A stretch of 64,000 nt of DNA from an uncultured Bdellovibrionales bacterium (GCA_964353175.1 CAYGUX010000010.1:7995-71994), one strand, 5' to 3'. Shown: positions 18,228 to 27,269, numbered from the stretch's first letter. The notes: generated by a model not told the origin, from the letters alone. A program made the numbers and translations.

Positions 18228-18734
18228 ATGAAAAATAGAATGTTAGTAACAGTATTCAGTGCGTTAGGGATTATGTCTCTTAATGCTTGTGCGACTACTG
18301 GTGATTTTGCGGATAATCTTAATCCCTATTCGGATGGAAATAAAGTTTCTACCGAATATGGAGGGGAAAGAAATACTAATGCATTAGGTGGTGGTAGCGG
18401 GGCTGGAAAGGAAGCCGATAATGCTAGACATGCCCTGGAAGTGCTAGGTACATATAGAAAGGCTCAAACCCCTGAACCTGCTTATCCGGTAATTCAACCA
18501 GCAGAAGTTCGTCTAATGTGGATCCCAGATCATTTAAATGCGGTAGGAGACTTGGTTCCTGCTCACTATTACTACCTAAGAGTGCTTCCTGATAGACCTG
18601 CGGTTACTGACGCATTTGAAATTGAGAGACAACTTGATTTGACTCGTAGTGGTAGCGCTTTGTCGTCTAGCGGAAACTTGGGAACCTCAGGTGATGGTGA
18701 ATCTACACCGTGGGTTTATAAAGAAGTTAAATAA
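18228..18734 (+). CDS. TraV-like outer-membrane lipoprotein
   Basis: Lipobox SLNAC, and the TraV-type motif RLMWIPDHLNAVGDLVPAHYYYLRV (compare family R-I-W-I-x-P-x-x-D...G-x-L-h...y-v-y). I chose the ATG at 18228, preceded by GGAGGGG, over the track start 18207. Confidence 0.6.
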   Translation: MKNRMLVTVFSALGIMSLNACATTGDFADNLNPYSDGNKVSTEYGGERNTNALGGGSGAGKEADNARHALEVLGTYRKAQTPEPAYPVIQPAEVRLMWIPDHLNAVGDLVPAHYYYLRVLPDRPAVTDAFEIERQLDLTRSGSALSSSGNLGTSGDGESTPWVYKEVK

Positions 18735-18751
18735 AAAATTGGGAGTGTGGG

Positions 18752-19225
18752 GTGAAAAATAATAGAACAGCAATTCTAGTAGCAGGGCTTTTCGGGGCGA
18801 CTACTTTGATGCAGGCTTGTAGCTCTACTCCAGTCTATAGGGTGGTTAAATATCAGCCAGCATTCAGGCAAGAGGCTCCACAGCCCGTATATAGTCGATT
18901 AATGTGGTCACATCTTCCAGAGCCGATCAAGCCTAGAACGAGAGCTGAAGCCCCACTTATGTTGCCAGAAGTATTCGTAGAATTAAAAAATGTAACTGTA
19001 GATGAAGCAGTTGAGGCAATAGCGCAGACTATGGGGTATCGCTGGGATAGTAGCGGAATTGCCTCAGGTTCTAGAATAAGTATTCACAGAGAGGGTACAG
19101 TCGAAGAGATAATTCTAGAAATTAAAGCTAAAACTAATCTACCTCTTGAGTTAGATCATGAGAATAGAGTGATTAGGTTAGCTGATAAGAGGTTATTACC
19201 ATCGCTACCAGGCCAAGCGAAGTAG
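18752..19225 (+). CDS. Lipoprotein with a secretin-N0/TcpQ-like domain (PilL/DotD-type)
   Basis: GTG start after GGGAG. Lipobox LMQAC. The C-domain VTVDEAVEAIAQTMGYRWDSSG...RISIHREGTVEEIILEIKAKTNLPLELDHENRVIRL matches the N0/TcpQ pattern seen in PilL and DotD/TraH lipoproteins. Confidence 0.5.
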   Translation: MKNNRTAILVAGLFGATTLMQACSSTPVYRVVKYQPAFRQEAPQPVYSRLMWSHLPEPIKPRTRAEAPLMLPEVFVELKNVTVDEAVEAIAQTMGYRWDSSGIASGSRISIHREGTVEEIILEIKAKTNLPLELDHENRVIRLADKRLLPSLPGQAK

Positions 19226-19262
19226 GAAGCTACTTTGGTAAAACTTTATTGGAGAAAGGTTT

Positions 19263-22016
19263 ATGAGCATTACTCGTTTAACGAGACAGAGATTATATCA
19301 AGATGAAGCTGTTTTTAATCAGTTGCTTCCCTATGTAAAGTGGGATTCGGAAAATGGTGTATTCGTTCATGGAGATGCTTCTTTTTGGTCAATTTGGCAA
19401 TTAAAACCAGTACTTTTAACCTCTATCTCTGATGCAGCTGCATTTCAGACTTGTAATGGAATCCAAGAAATTGTTGATTCCATGGATTGTCGAATTAGTT
19501 GCCAATTTAGTTGGGTAACGACCTTTGATGTTCAAGATATTTTAGATAGATGTTTGTATGACTATCCTTTACAAGGCGTCGCTGGGTGGATGGCAAGACG
19601 TTGGGTAAGACTTGTAAAGAACATGTCAAAGTCACAACAATACGAGAGAAGATGTAAACGCCTAAAATTAATCGTAGCTTTTCGATACGATCCACCATGG
19701 AAAGAAAAATCTCCGATTGAGGATCTTACAGATACATTCAAAACTTTGTTTCAAGGGCCACAAGGTCCAGAAGTAGATACTACAAGAATTGAAGAGTATA
19801 AGCGTTATTTAGAAAAATTTAGAGGTGAGATTGATGGTAAGGTTGCGCGCCTAGGGGATTTAGGAATGCATCCAAGCAGAATTGATGGCCAGGGCTTAAT
19901 TAATCTCCTTTATCCACTATTGAATAGAAGAAGTACTAAGGGTGGTAAGTTTAAAAGAGGTAGATTTAATAGTTGTGCAGTTCCAAAGTATGATCCAGAT
20001 GATATTTTATCAAATCAGATATCGAATACCATGGTATATCATCCAGAAGATGGATTTTTGCAGAAGGATGGTCGTTACTATCATACCGTAAGTATGATAA
20101 AACCTCCTAAGCAAGCTTTGCCTTTAATGACTATTCCTATTCAAAGCTTACCGATGGAGTCTATCTTTACGGTAACATATTCAAAAGATAGTCAAGAAGA
20201 TCAAATGAAGCGTTTGGATAGATTAGATCAAACTCTAGGACTCAGAGAGTTCGGAGCGAGAGGAAGAGCAAATCAGAAAGTGCTTCATCAAATTAATACT
20301 ATTCGTAAGGCGAGAGAAGAACTATATTCAAATAGATCTCAAGTTGTTCGAGTAGGAGCCCATCACGTACAAATTACTAATACACTTGATGAAGCTAGAA
20401 GAGCTTCAAGTGAAGTTTTGGCGATGTTCCCTGCACTGAATGGTGCGCGAGCGATGAGTCATATGATTAGTGATTTAGGTGTATTTTTAAATGCTCTGCC
20501 TGGAGCGTACGATCCATCTACAGATGGTCCAGGGTGGACATCGATGATCACTTCTTCAAGAGCGGTGAGATTATTTCCTGTTTGGGGTAACTGGTCAGGT
20601 AGCGAGAGTTCTTTATTTGTACTACCTAGTTTATGGAATAGAGAGCTAGTTCATTTTGATTTATATGACTCTAACGTAGCTCCTAACGTTATCATGAGTG
20701 GTGTATCGGGGGCTGGGAAGAGTTATTTACTATGTTACTTCTTGATTACTCTAAATCGAGGTCATTATGCTGAAAAGTCAGATGGTACCAAGGAAGTAAG
20801 GGAACCAATTACATTCGTATTTGATAAAGGGATGCCTAATCTTCCTTGCGGATTTGAGAGAGTTGCAAAGTTATTCGGAGGTCGAATCTATCAAGCAACT
20901 CCAGCAAGAGCTCCAGCAATGAATTTCTTGGCTCGCTTAGGAGAGATGGATCCAGATAGAACAAACGAAGACTTCAAAGATTTGTTTGATATATGTGTGG
21001 ATATTATCGCTGATATGGGTAGCGAAAAGGATAAGGTCTTAAGTCGAATTCAAAGAAACGAAATCATTGAATCTTTAATGGAATCTCATTATAGATACCG
21101 TCATGGAGATAGAGAAAGAGAGTTTCTACTAAGAGATGCTGTGAAGGTTTTAAAAGAACCACCGCGTCCGAACGAAACAGAAGCACACTTTCATATGAGA
21201 CAAGAGTTAGCAATTCTTATGAGAGAGTACTACGGTGACGGAACCTATGCTAGATTCTTTGATAGAGCTGGAAGACTTGAACTAAAAGAAAGATTTATCG
21301 TATTCGATCTAAAAGGTCTCAGCAGAAATCCAGATCTACAAAGAGTATTTTTGAAAGTAGCAATGATCTGGGCGGATGAGGTTATGAATACACCTCATGA
21401 GTTGGATACTCGAAAACTACTAGTTTTCGATGAGGCACATGACTTAATAGGTAAAACTGCATCAGGAGTTGTTGAGGCTGCATTTAGACTATATCGAAAA
21501 CGTAAAGGTATTGTAATCGCAGCGTCACAATCTGGAGAAGATTTCTATGCAGGAGAAGGCGGGCAAGCAATTGTTCAAAACTCTTCCCATAAAATATTTT
21601 TAAGACAGGATCCTTCTAAGTTCCATGTGACTGCACAGGCTTTTAATTTAAATCCTCAGCAAGCTGAAACGATAACACGGTTACATACTATTAAGGGTGT
21701 GGAATCGCAATTCTTCTTATTGTCAGATATTGGAGAGGCGGCTTTAGTATTGCCAGCAGAGCCATCGTTTTATTGGGTATCTACGAATAATGGTGATGAT
21801 AATCAGTTGTTCTCCGCACTATTAGAAGAAACTGATGGGGATTTCGTTGCGGCTCTAAAGAGAGCAGTAGAAATTGCGCCATTTGGAGCTAAAGATCTTA
21901 TTAAGAGAAGGAAAATGTTGGAGGAACATTATCAAGCTCTAAGAGATCAAGGGGATGTGTTGGCTCCAAAAGCTGGTAGAGCATTGGATTTAAAATCAGG
22001 ATTAAAAGCAGCCTAG
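19263..22016 (+). CDS. TraC/VirB4-family T4SS ATPase (917 aa)
   Basis: Walker A GVSGAGKS and Walker B LLVFDEAHD, with a size and N-terminal region typical of TraC-type VirB4 proteins. Confidence 0.85.
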   Translation: MSITRLTRQRLYQDEAVFNQLLPYVKWDSENGVFVHGDASFWSIWQLKPVLLTSISDAAAFQTCNGIQEIVDSMDCRISCQFSWVTTFDVQDILDRCLYDYPLQGVAGWMARRWVRLVKNMSKSQQYERRCKRLKLIVAFRYDPPWKEKSPIEDLTDTFKTLFQGPQGPEVDTTRIEEYKRYLEKFRGEIDGKVARLGDLGMHPSRIDGQGLINLLYPLLNRRSTKGGKFKRGRFNSCAVPKYDPDDILSNQISNTMVYHPEDGFLQKDGRYYHTVSMIKPPKQALPLMTIPIQSLPMESIFTVTYSKDSQEDQMKRLDRLDQTLGLREFGARGRANQKVLHQINTIRKAREELYSNRSQVVRVGAHHVQITNTLDEARRASSEVLAMFPALNGARAMSHMISDLGVFLNALPGAYDPSTDGPGWTSMITSSRAVRLFPVWGNWSGSESSLFVLPSLWNRELVHFDLYDSNVAPNVIMSGVSGAGKSYLLCYFLITLNRGHYAEKSDGTKEVREPITFVFDKGMPNLPCGFERVAKLFGGRIYQATPARAPAMNFLARLGEMDPDRTNEDFKDLFDICVDIIADMGSEKDKVLSRIQRNEIIESLMESHYRYRHGDREREFLLRDAVKVLKEPPRPNETEAHFHMRQELAILMREYYGDGTYARFFDRAGRLELKERFIVFDLKGLSRNPDLQRVFLKVAMIWADEVMNTPHELDTRKLLVFDEAHDLIGKTASGVVEAAFRLYRKRKGIVIAASQSGEDFYAGEGGQAIVQNSSHKIFLRQDPSKFHVTAQAFNLNPQQAETITRLHTIKGVESQFFLLSDIGEAALVLPAEPSFYWVSTNNGDDNQLFSALLEETDGDFVAALKRAVEIAPFGAKDLIKRRKMLEEHYQALRDQGDVLAPKAGRALDLKSGLKAA

Positions 22017-22023
22017 GAATAAT

Positions 22024-22350
22024 ATGAATGTACGAAATGTTGTTAAAATAAGTTCTTCTTTACTATTACTTTCGGTAAACGCATGTTCATTATTATGGAG
22101 TAGTGAACCAGAAAGCAGAACAGTTGTTGTCGAATCTTATCGAACTAGTCTTGATGCAGAACCTGTCCCGGGAACAGTAATTGGGCCATGGGCTGAATCG
22201 ATGTATCAGGATGTAAATGTGCCGGGAGCTATTGATAAAAGAGGTGTTTATTATCGAATGCCTCATAAGACCATTGTAGAGATTCGTGCTGAGAAATATC
22301 AAAGAGCGCAGTATTCTGATCCTGATGGTCTATATAGGGAGAGAGAGTAG
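22024..22350 (+). CDS. Small lipoprotein (108 aa), paralog A
   Basis: Lipobox LSVNAC. Shares the pattern PVP.G ... W.E ... D..(V/G)PG ... YY ... (E/A)IR with the next ORF. Confidence 0.55.
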   Translation: MNVRNVVKISSSLLLLSVNACSLLWSSEPESRTVVVESYRTSLDAEPVPGTVIGPWAESMYQDVNVPGAIDKRGVYYRMPHKTIVEIRAEKYQRAQYSDPDGLYRERE

Positions 22351-22352
22351 TT

Positions 22353-22676
22353 ATGAATATGATCAAGATTTCTTTGGCTTCATTACTTTTAGGGGGTTTC
22401 TTAACGTCCTGTTCTAATAGTATGATTGCTGGAGAAGAGGATGTGCAGACTATTTATGTGGGGTACAATGATAAGGCTCCAGTTCCTCCTGGTGTGTTGC
22501 GTTATTGCTGGGAAGAACCAGTGGTGGAATTCCAAGACAATGGGCCAGGCTTAAATAGTGATAAAACGTATTATCAACCTGAGTTTGTGGCAATAAGAAT
22601 GGTGAAGCAGGGTAGGTGGAGACCATGCACTACTCAAGCTAGTGAAATTAGGGGAGAAACGAAAAATGAACGCTAA
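22353..22676 (+). CDS. Small lipoprotein (107 aa), paralog B
   Basis: Lipobox FLTSC. Shares the same motif pattern as 22024-22350, and starts 2 nt after its stop. Confidence 0.55.
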   Translation: MNMIKISLASLLLGGFLTSCSNSMIAGEEDVQTIYVGYNDKAPVPPGVLRYCWEEPVVEFQDNGPGLNSDKTYYQPEFVAIRMVKQGRWRPCTTQASEIRGETKNER

Positions 22677-23142
22677 AAAAGTTCTGAGTCTAATATTATG
22701 TTCTTCTGCTTTTACTAAAAGAAATTTATCTTCCTTGGGATTAGTCGCATTTTTCTTTTTTGTGTATGTTTTAGCAGGAGGGAAGATTGATACAGCTATT
22801 CCTAGTCCCAGTAAGATCGGAGGATTTGGTGATGGTGTTTCTCAGAATCCCTTGGGCTTAATGAGAGCTGAATCTCATACTGTTTCTAACGAAGTACTAG
22901 GTATAGAATCCACTGAGGCAAGAGCCGCTAGACAAGGTGCATTACATTCTCGGGGAAGAATTTTTGATCAAGACGAGAGAAAATCCTTGGAGGAACAAGA
23001 TATTGATCATAGTCGATTAGTTGATGGCTCAGCTTCTATGAAACCATCTAGAAAAGAGCAGAAAGCTATAGATCGATCTACTAGAAAGGAAGTTGATCCT
23101 TTGTTAGCAATAGAAGAGCGATTAAATCGTCTTGGTAAATAG
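22666..23142 (+). CDS. Membrane-anchored hypothetical protein
   Basis: I prefer the ATG at 22666 (MNAKKVLSL), preceded by GGGGAG, over the track start 22642. One TM (LGLVAFFFFVYVLAG) and a charged C-terminus. It overlaps the previous stop by 11 nt. Confidence 0.5.
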   Translation: MNAKKVLSLILCSSAFTKRNLSSLGLVAFFFFVYVLAGGKIDTAIPSPSKIGGFGDGVSQNPLGLMRAESHTVSNEVLGIESTEARAARQGALHSRGRIFDQDERKSLEEQDIDHSRLVDGSASMKPSRKEQKAIDRSTRKEVDPLLAIEERLNRLGK

Positions 23143-23169
23143 TAGCCCTAGATTTATAAAGGTAGATAA

Positions 23170-23877
23170 ATGTCTAAATCGGATAGTGGAGACTTTGATG
23201 ATGTTGACTTTGATTCACTTGGTAGTGGACTAGGAGAATCAAATTATCCTTTAGATGAAGTTTTTGGTAATGGCTCATCAATAGACCAAGCAAAGGAGCT
23301 CGGTGCTAAAGTCACCGGCATAGATGATGGTGATAGTTCCGTTCGGTACCATTTTTTTCCTACTTGGAGAAGTCAGATTATTAATCAGCTTTGGTTTTTC
23401 CTAAGTTCTTTTGGAGCAATCTGGGTTTCTAAAACTATTCCGGAGTGGACTATTATTGTAGGAGAGCTTTTTAGTACTAGCTCTACTCGATATAATTTAC
23501 ATCTACCTATTCTCGTATTGGTCCCAGGATTTTTTCTTTCTAAGATTCTAATTCATATTTATAACTCGGTTTATATTATAGATGAAAGTGGCATTGAGGC
23601 ACAGGTTGGGCTTGTTTCATTCAATTTACGGCAACCAAGGCTTAGGTGGGAGGATATTAGAGGAATAGAACCTTCTCAGAATATTTGGGAGCGTTTAGTG
23701 AATATTGGAACGGTGAAAATCGGAAGCGCGATGACGCAAGAGGCTGAAATTGTTATGGAAGGGATTGCAAATCCTAGAGCTGTTCAACTTTTAGTTAATT
23801 CAGAGAGAGCTAAAAGATTAGAAGAAATGAAGCAATCTGGTTCAAGTTACCGACAAGGGGTTGTAGGGGGAGACTAA
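23170..23877 (+). CDS. Membrane protein with a bacterial PH (bPH_2 / YdbS-YdbT-like) domain
   Basis: Acidic N-terminus, two TM segments, then YIIDESGIEAQVGLVSFNLRQPRLRWEDIRGIEPSQNIWERLVNIGTVKIGSA...MEGIANPRAVQLLV, the typical bPH_2 pattern. Confidence 0.6.
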   Translation: MSKSDSGDFDDVDFDSLGSGLGESNYPLDEVFGNGSSIDQAKELGAKVTGIDDGDSSVRYHFFPTWRSQIINQLWFFLSSFGAIWVSKTIPEWTIIVGELFSTSSTRYNLHLPILVLVPGFFLSKILIHIYNSVYIIDESGIEAQVGLVSFNLRQPRLRWEDIRGIEPSQNIWERLVNIGTVKIGSAMTQEAEIVMEGIANPRAVQLLVNSERAKRLEEMKQSGSSYRQGVVGGD

Positions 23878-23930
23878 AATTTCTTAATCTCCTTACCTGA
23901 TTTTAGGTACTTAGGGGATTTAAGGAATTT

Positions 23931-25307
23931 GTGACTATTCAAGCTAAATTTTATAGAAATCATTTTAGATCATATTTAACAGGTCTAAGCTGTGGACTTC
24001 TTCTATTGTCTACACCTATATCAATTGCCTATGCTGAAAAAGCAGCAAATAAGAAAGATTCTAGAGCAAATTTAAATAGCGAAACCAAGAAAGAAGAAAT
24101 TCAAGAAAAGAAAAGTGTGTTCGTTGTTTCTGGCGGAGAAACTAAAACTTATAGCAATCTATCAGAAGTTATAGAAGAGAATAATGCGCTAAAAGAGCAA
24201 AGACAAATTCTCTTAGATCATTCACGATTGTTAAGAGATAAATACAAAAAGTTATATGAATATTGTTCTACTGGTGCCAATAACTGCTCAGGGCTAAGGG
24301 GTGAGAGGAATGACGAGGTTGTTCCTAGCGCGGAAGTTCAAAACCTAAAGCAGCAAATGTCTACATTAGAATCTAGTAATAAAGTCCTAGAAGCAAGTTT
24401 AAAGAAAGCTAAAAGTGAAATTCAGGATAAGGCTAGCGAGCTAGCGAGTTTAAAGAAGGAGAGCTTAAATCATTCTGCGTCCAATGATGAGCTTCTTATG
24501 AAGAGTTCAAAAGAGTTAGAAGAAAGCAGAAAGCTGATCGCGGATAAAGATGCTGAGATAGTACGCCGTAGCGAAGAGTATGCAAAGCTTCAGGTTGAAT
24601 TGGAAAATAAGTCTAAAGGAGAAAAGGCCTGCTTAGATCAGATTGAAACATCAAGTAATATTCTTCTAAAGATCCCTGAACTGGAAGCTGAGATTGTAAA
24701 TTTAAGAAATCAACTTTTACTAAAGAAAACTACCGCAGAGTTGTTGGGTGTAAAGGTGGGGAATACCTCTAATGCTCACGATGTTGTTGGGTCGTTAAAT
24801 TCTTCAACTCAAGTTCTGTCAAAACAAGTAGAATCACGATCTGCAATTGAATCAGTACAGTTTGCTTCTGATGTGGCAATAGTAGAAGTAGTAGGAAGTA
24901 AGGTAAGCTTAAGAGTAGGACCAGGAACGAATCACTCTTCTTTAATGGATGTTCAGAAGGGGACTAGGCTAACAGTCGAAGCTAAAGAAGGGGATTGGTT
25001 AAGAGTAAATGCCCCAACTGGGGGTAGAGCATACATCGATTCTAACTACGTAAGGTCATTTGATAAGAATGGAGTGCTACTTAGTGAAGCTAAGTCTTCG
25101 GAGCCAATATTTGATCCTACGAGGGACTTGTCAGTGAATATTGATGCTCCCGAGCCTAAGAAGCCAATTATTCCACAAAAGGCCCCTAAAAAGGTTAGCA
25201 AAAACAAGGCTGATAAGGAGGTGGAACCATTTGGAGAGCAAGCTAGCGCGGAGTCCGTCGCAATGGAAAAGCTTCTGCAAGCTATGAGTCAGCCTGAAAA
25301 GAAATAG
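23931..25307 (+). CDS. Secreted coiled-coil protein with a C-terminal SH3b domain
   Basis: GTG start, a signal peptide ending IAYA, ~200 aa of heptad-like E/K/L-rich sequence, then the SH3_3 pattern VSLRVGPGTNHSSLMDVQKGTRLTVEAKEGDWLRVNAPTGGRAYIDSNYV. Confidence 0.65.
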   Translation: MTIQAKFYRNHFRSYLTGLSCGLLLLSTPISIAYAEKAANKKDSRANLNSETKKEEIQEKKSVFVVSGGETKTYSNLSEVIEENNALKEQRQILLDHSRLLRDKYKKLYEYCSTGANNCSGLRGERNDEVVPSAEVQNLKQQMSTLESSNKVLEASLKKAKSEIQDKASELASLKKESLNHSASNDELLMKSSKELEESRKLIADKDAEIVRRSEEYAKLQVELENKSKGEKACLDQIETSSNILLKIPELEAEIVNLRNQLLLKKTTAELLGVKVGNTSNAHDVVGSLNSSTQVLSKQVESRSAIESVQFASDVAIVEVVGSKVSLRVGPGTNHSSLMDVQKGTRLTVEAKEGDWLRVNAPTGGRAYIDSNYVRSFDKNGVLLSEAKSSEPIFDPTRDLSVNIDAPEPKKPIIPQKAPKKVSKNKADKEVEPFGEQASAESVAMEKLLQAMSQPEKK

Positions 25308-25320
25308 TCATAATATAACC

Positions 25321-25833
25321 ATGGATAGCCATAAATTAAATAGACTTAAATATCTCACGACCTTAGTCTTATTTTTAACTTTTTTACCTGAAACTATTGC
25401 TGAGAGCCTACTTACAAGTACATCAGGTATTGTTTTTCCGCTTCTAGCACCAAGAATATCTAGTGGATATGGCTATAGAAGCCATCCAATAAAAAAGGCA
25501 CGCAAACATCATAATGGTGTCGATCTTGCTGCACCTGAAAAAAGTCATGTAAGAGCAATTACAGACGGTATGGTCGTATATGCCGGAAACTTAGGTGGAT
25601 ATGGAAAGGTGGTTACTATAAAGCACCAGGATGATCACATCTCATTGTATGGGCACTTAAGTTCAATCGAGGTAGTTGTGGGACAATTGGTAACAGCAGG
25701 TGCATTGGTAGGTAGAGTTGGAAGTACCGGAAATGTAACTGGCCCGCATCTCCACTTTGAGTGGAGGAAGGGAAGGAAATCTATAAATCCATTAAAAGTA
25801 TTTCCTGATTTAGCAAAAGAGCCAGTAGGATAA
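25321..25833 (+). CDS. M23 family (LytM-type) peptidoglycan metalloendopeptidase
   Basis: HNGVDLAAP ... ISLYGHLS ... GSTGNVTGPHLHFE, the canonical HxxxD / HxH M23 motifs, with an N-terminal signal/anchor. Confidence 0.85.
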   Translation: MDSHKLNRLKYLTTLVLFLTFLPETIAESLLTSTSGIVFPLLAPRISSGYGYRSHPIKKARKHHNGVDLAAPEKSHVRAITDGMVVYAGNLGGYGKVVTIKHQDDHISLYGHLSSIEVVVGQLVTAGALVGRVGSTGNVTGPHLHFEWRKGRKSINPLKVFPDLAKEPVG

Positions 25834-25839
25834 TTAAAA

Positions 25840-26268
25840 CTAGGCAGATAATTTTGCAAGGTACTTAACTATCCTTATCATGCTCATAAGGCCTACACCT
25901 TTTCCCATAGAAAGATCCTTCCCAAAAATGTCATAGACAATCTCTTCAGGAATTTGGCTGACTTCATTTGGCCTGCATCCGTCTAATCCTTGTTTCAATA
26001 TCGCAGCTAATGCCTTTGCAGAAACTCCATGTGGATTTTCAACTGCAAAATAAATTTGAATTGTTCCGTCCTCATTTAGCTCGTGAAATACATAAGCATC
26101 GGATTCGCAGGCAGGAACTTTATTCTCTGAAGGATAAGGAGAACTTGCTATGCGTTTCGGAACTTCTTCAAAGCTTTCTCCGAATTCAATTAGATAGTCC
26201 ATCCTTGTCTGGAAATCTTCTATCGCCTTAAGTTCATCTAAAATAGAACTTAGTTTGTTAGGGATCAT
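25840..26268 (-). CDS. sufE: SufE-type sulfur acceptor protein
   Basis: DYLIEFGESFEEVP ... KVPACESDAYVF fits the SufE/CsdE family around the active-site Cys. Confidence 0.75.
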   Translation of the reverse strand: MIPNKLSSILDELKAIEDFQTRMDYLIEFGESFEEVPKRIASSPYPSENKVPACESDAYVFHELNEDGTIQIYFAVENPHGVSAKALAAILKQGLDGCRPNEVSQIPEEIVYDIFGKDLSMGKGVGLMSMIRIVKYLAKLSA

Positions 26269-27135
26269 CTAAGGCCTTTCAACTGGGACATTTACTAAAT
26301 TTCCCCACTCAGTCCAGCTACCATCATAGTTTCTGACATTTGAGAATCCCAGTAAATATTTAAGAACAAACCAAGTGTGACTACTTCTTTCACCAATTCT
26401 ACAATAAGCAATAACAGTATCACTTGGTTTTAGGCCGATCTCTTCTTGATAAATTACCTTAAGTTCCTCATAGGTTTTAAAAGTCCCATCATCTTGGTTA
26501 ATGGCTCTCGCCCAAGGAACGCTCTTAGCTCCAGGGATATGTCCGCCCCGAAGTGCTCCTTCATTAGGATATCCTTCCATATGTAGTTTCTTGCCGGTAA
26601 ATTCATCTGGACTTCTTACATCTACAAGCTTACCTTTATTGGCGATATGTTTAAGTACATCATCTCTAAACGCTCTTTCAGTTTGATCATCTCTCATCGG
26701 GGCAGAGTAACTAGAGTTTTCAAAAGTTGGTTTTTCCTTTGTTAAAGGTAAGCCTTCTTTCTCCCATTTGAGTTTTCCGCCATCCATTACTTTGACATTC
26801 TTATGTCCATAAAGGGTGAATATCCATAAAGCATAGCAAGCCCACCAATTGTTTTTATCTCCGTAGAATACAACTGTAGTATCTGCATCTATTCCATTCT
26901 TAGAAAGTAGGGCTTGGAAAGCATCTTGATCTAGGTAGTCTCTGACTATAGGTTGATTTAAGTCCTTAACCCAATCAATCTCAACTGCATTAGGAATATG
27001 TCCAGATGAATAAAGAAGTTGATCCTCGTTCGATTCAACTATTCTCACATTGGAGTTTTTATGATTATTTAGAACCCACTCAGTGGAAACTAACATGCTT
27101 GGATTAGAGTATCCTCTTTGTTCAATATCTGACAT
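26269..27135 (-). CDS. Two-domain rhodanese (thiosulfate/3-mercaptopyruvate sulfurtransferase)
   Basis: Tandem rhodanese architecture with the active-site loop [11 protein letters not shown]. Its TAG stop is directly followed by the sufE ATG. Confidence 0.8.
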   Translation of the reverse strand: MSDIEQRGYSNPSMLVSTEWVLNNHKNSNVRIVESNEDQLLYSSGHIPNAVEIDWVKDLNQPIVRDYLDQDAFQALLSKNGIDADTTVVFYGDKNNWWACYALWIFTLYGHKNVKVMDGGKLKWEKEGLPLTKEKPTFENSSYSAPMRDDQTERAFRDDVLKHIANKGKLVDVRSPDEFTGKKLHMEGYPNEGALRGGHIPGAKSVPWARAINQDDGTFKTYEELKVIYQEEIGLKPSDTVIAYCRIGERSSHTWFVLKYLLGFSNVRNYDGSWTEWGNLVNVPVERP

Positions 27136-27269
27136 TCTACAATCCTAATAAGTTTAATTTGTTTTGTGCGCAATCTAGCAATAATTGGATAAAAATCAAT
27201 AGTTTTGCTCATGCAGCTACTCTAGGTTATAGTTTGGAAGATTTTTAAAAGCAAAAGAGGAACCAAATT

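Noticed and set aside
2339-25833. The T4SS-like locus as a tRNA-integrated genomic island (tRNA-Thr/tRNA-Arg at 2.3-2.7 kb).
   Set aside because: About 5.5 kb of ordinary genes (ABC transporter, menA) separate the tRNAs from the locus. There is no integrase. I found no repeat of either tRNA 3' end near 8.2 kb or 25.8 kb. My manual search is not exhaustive.
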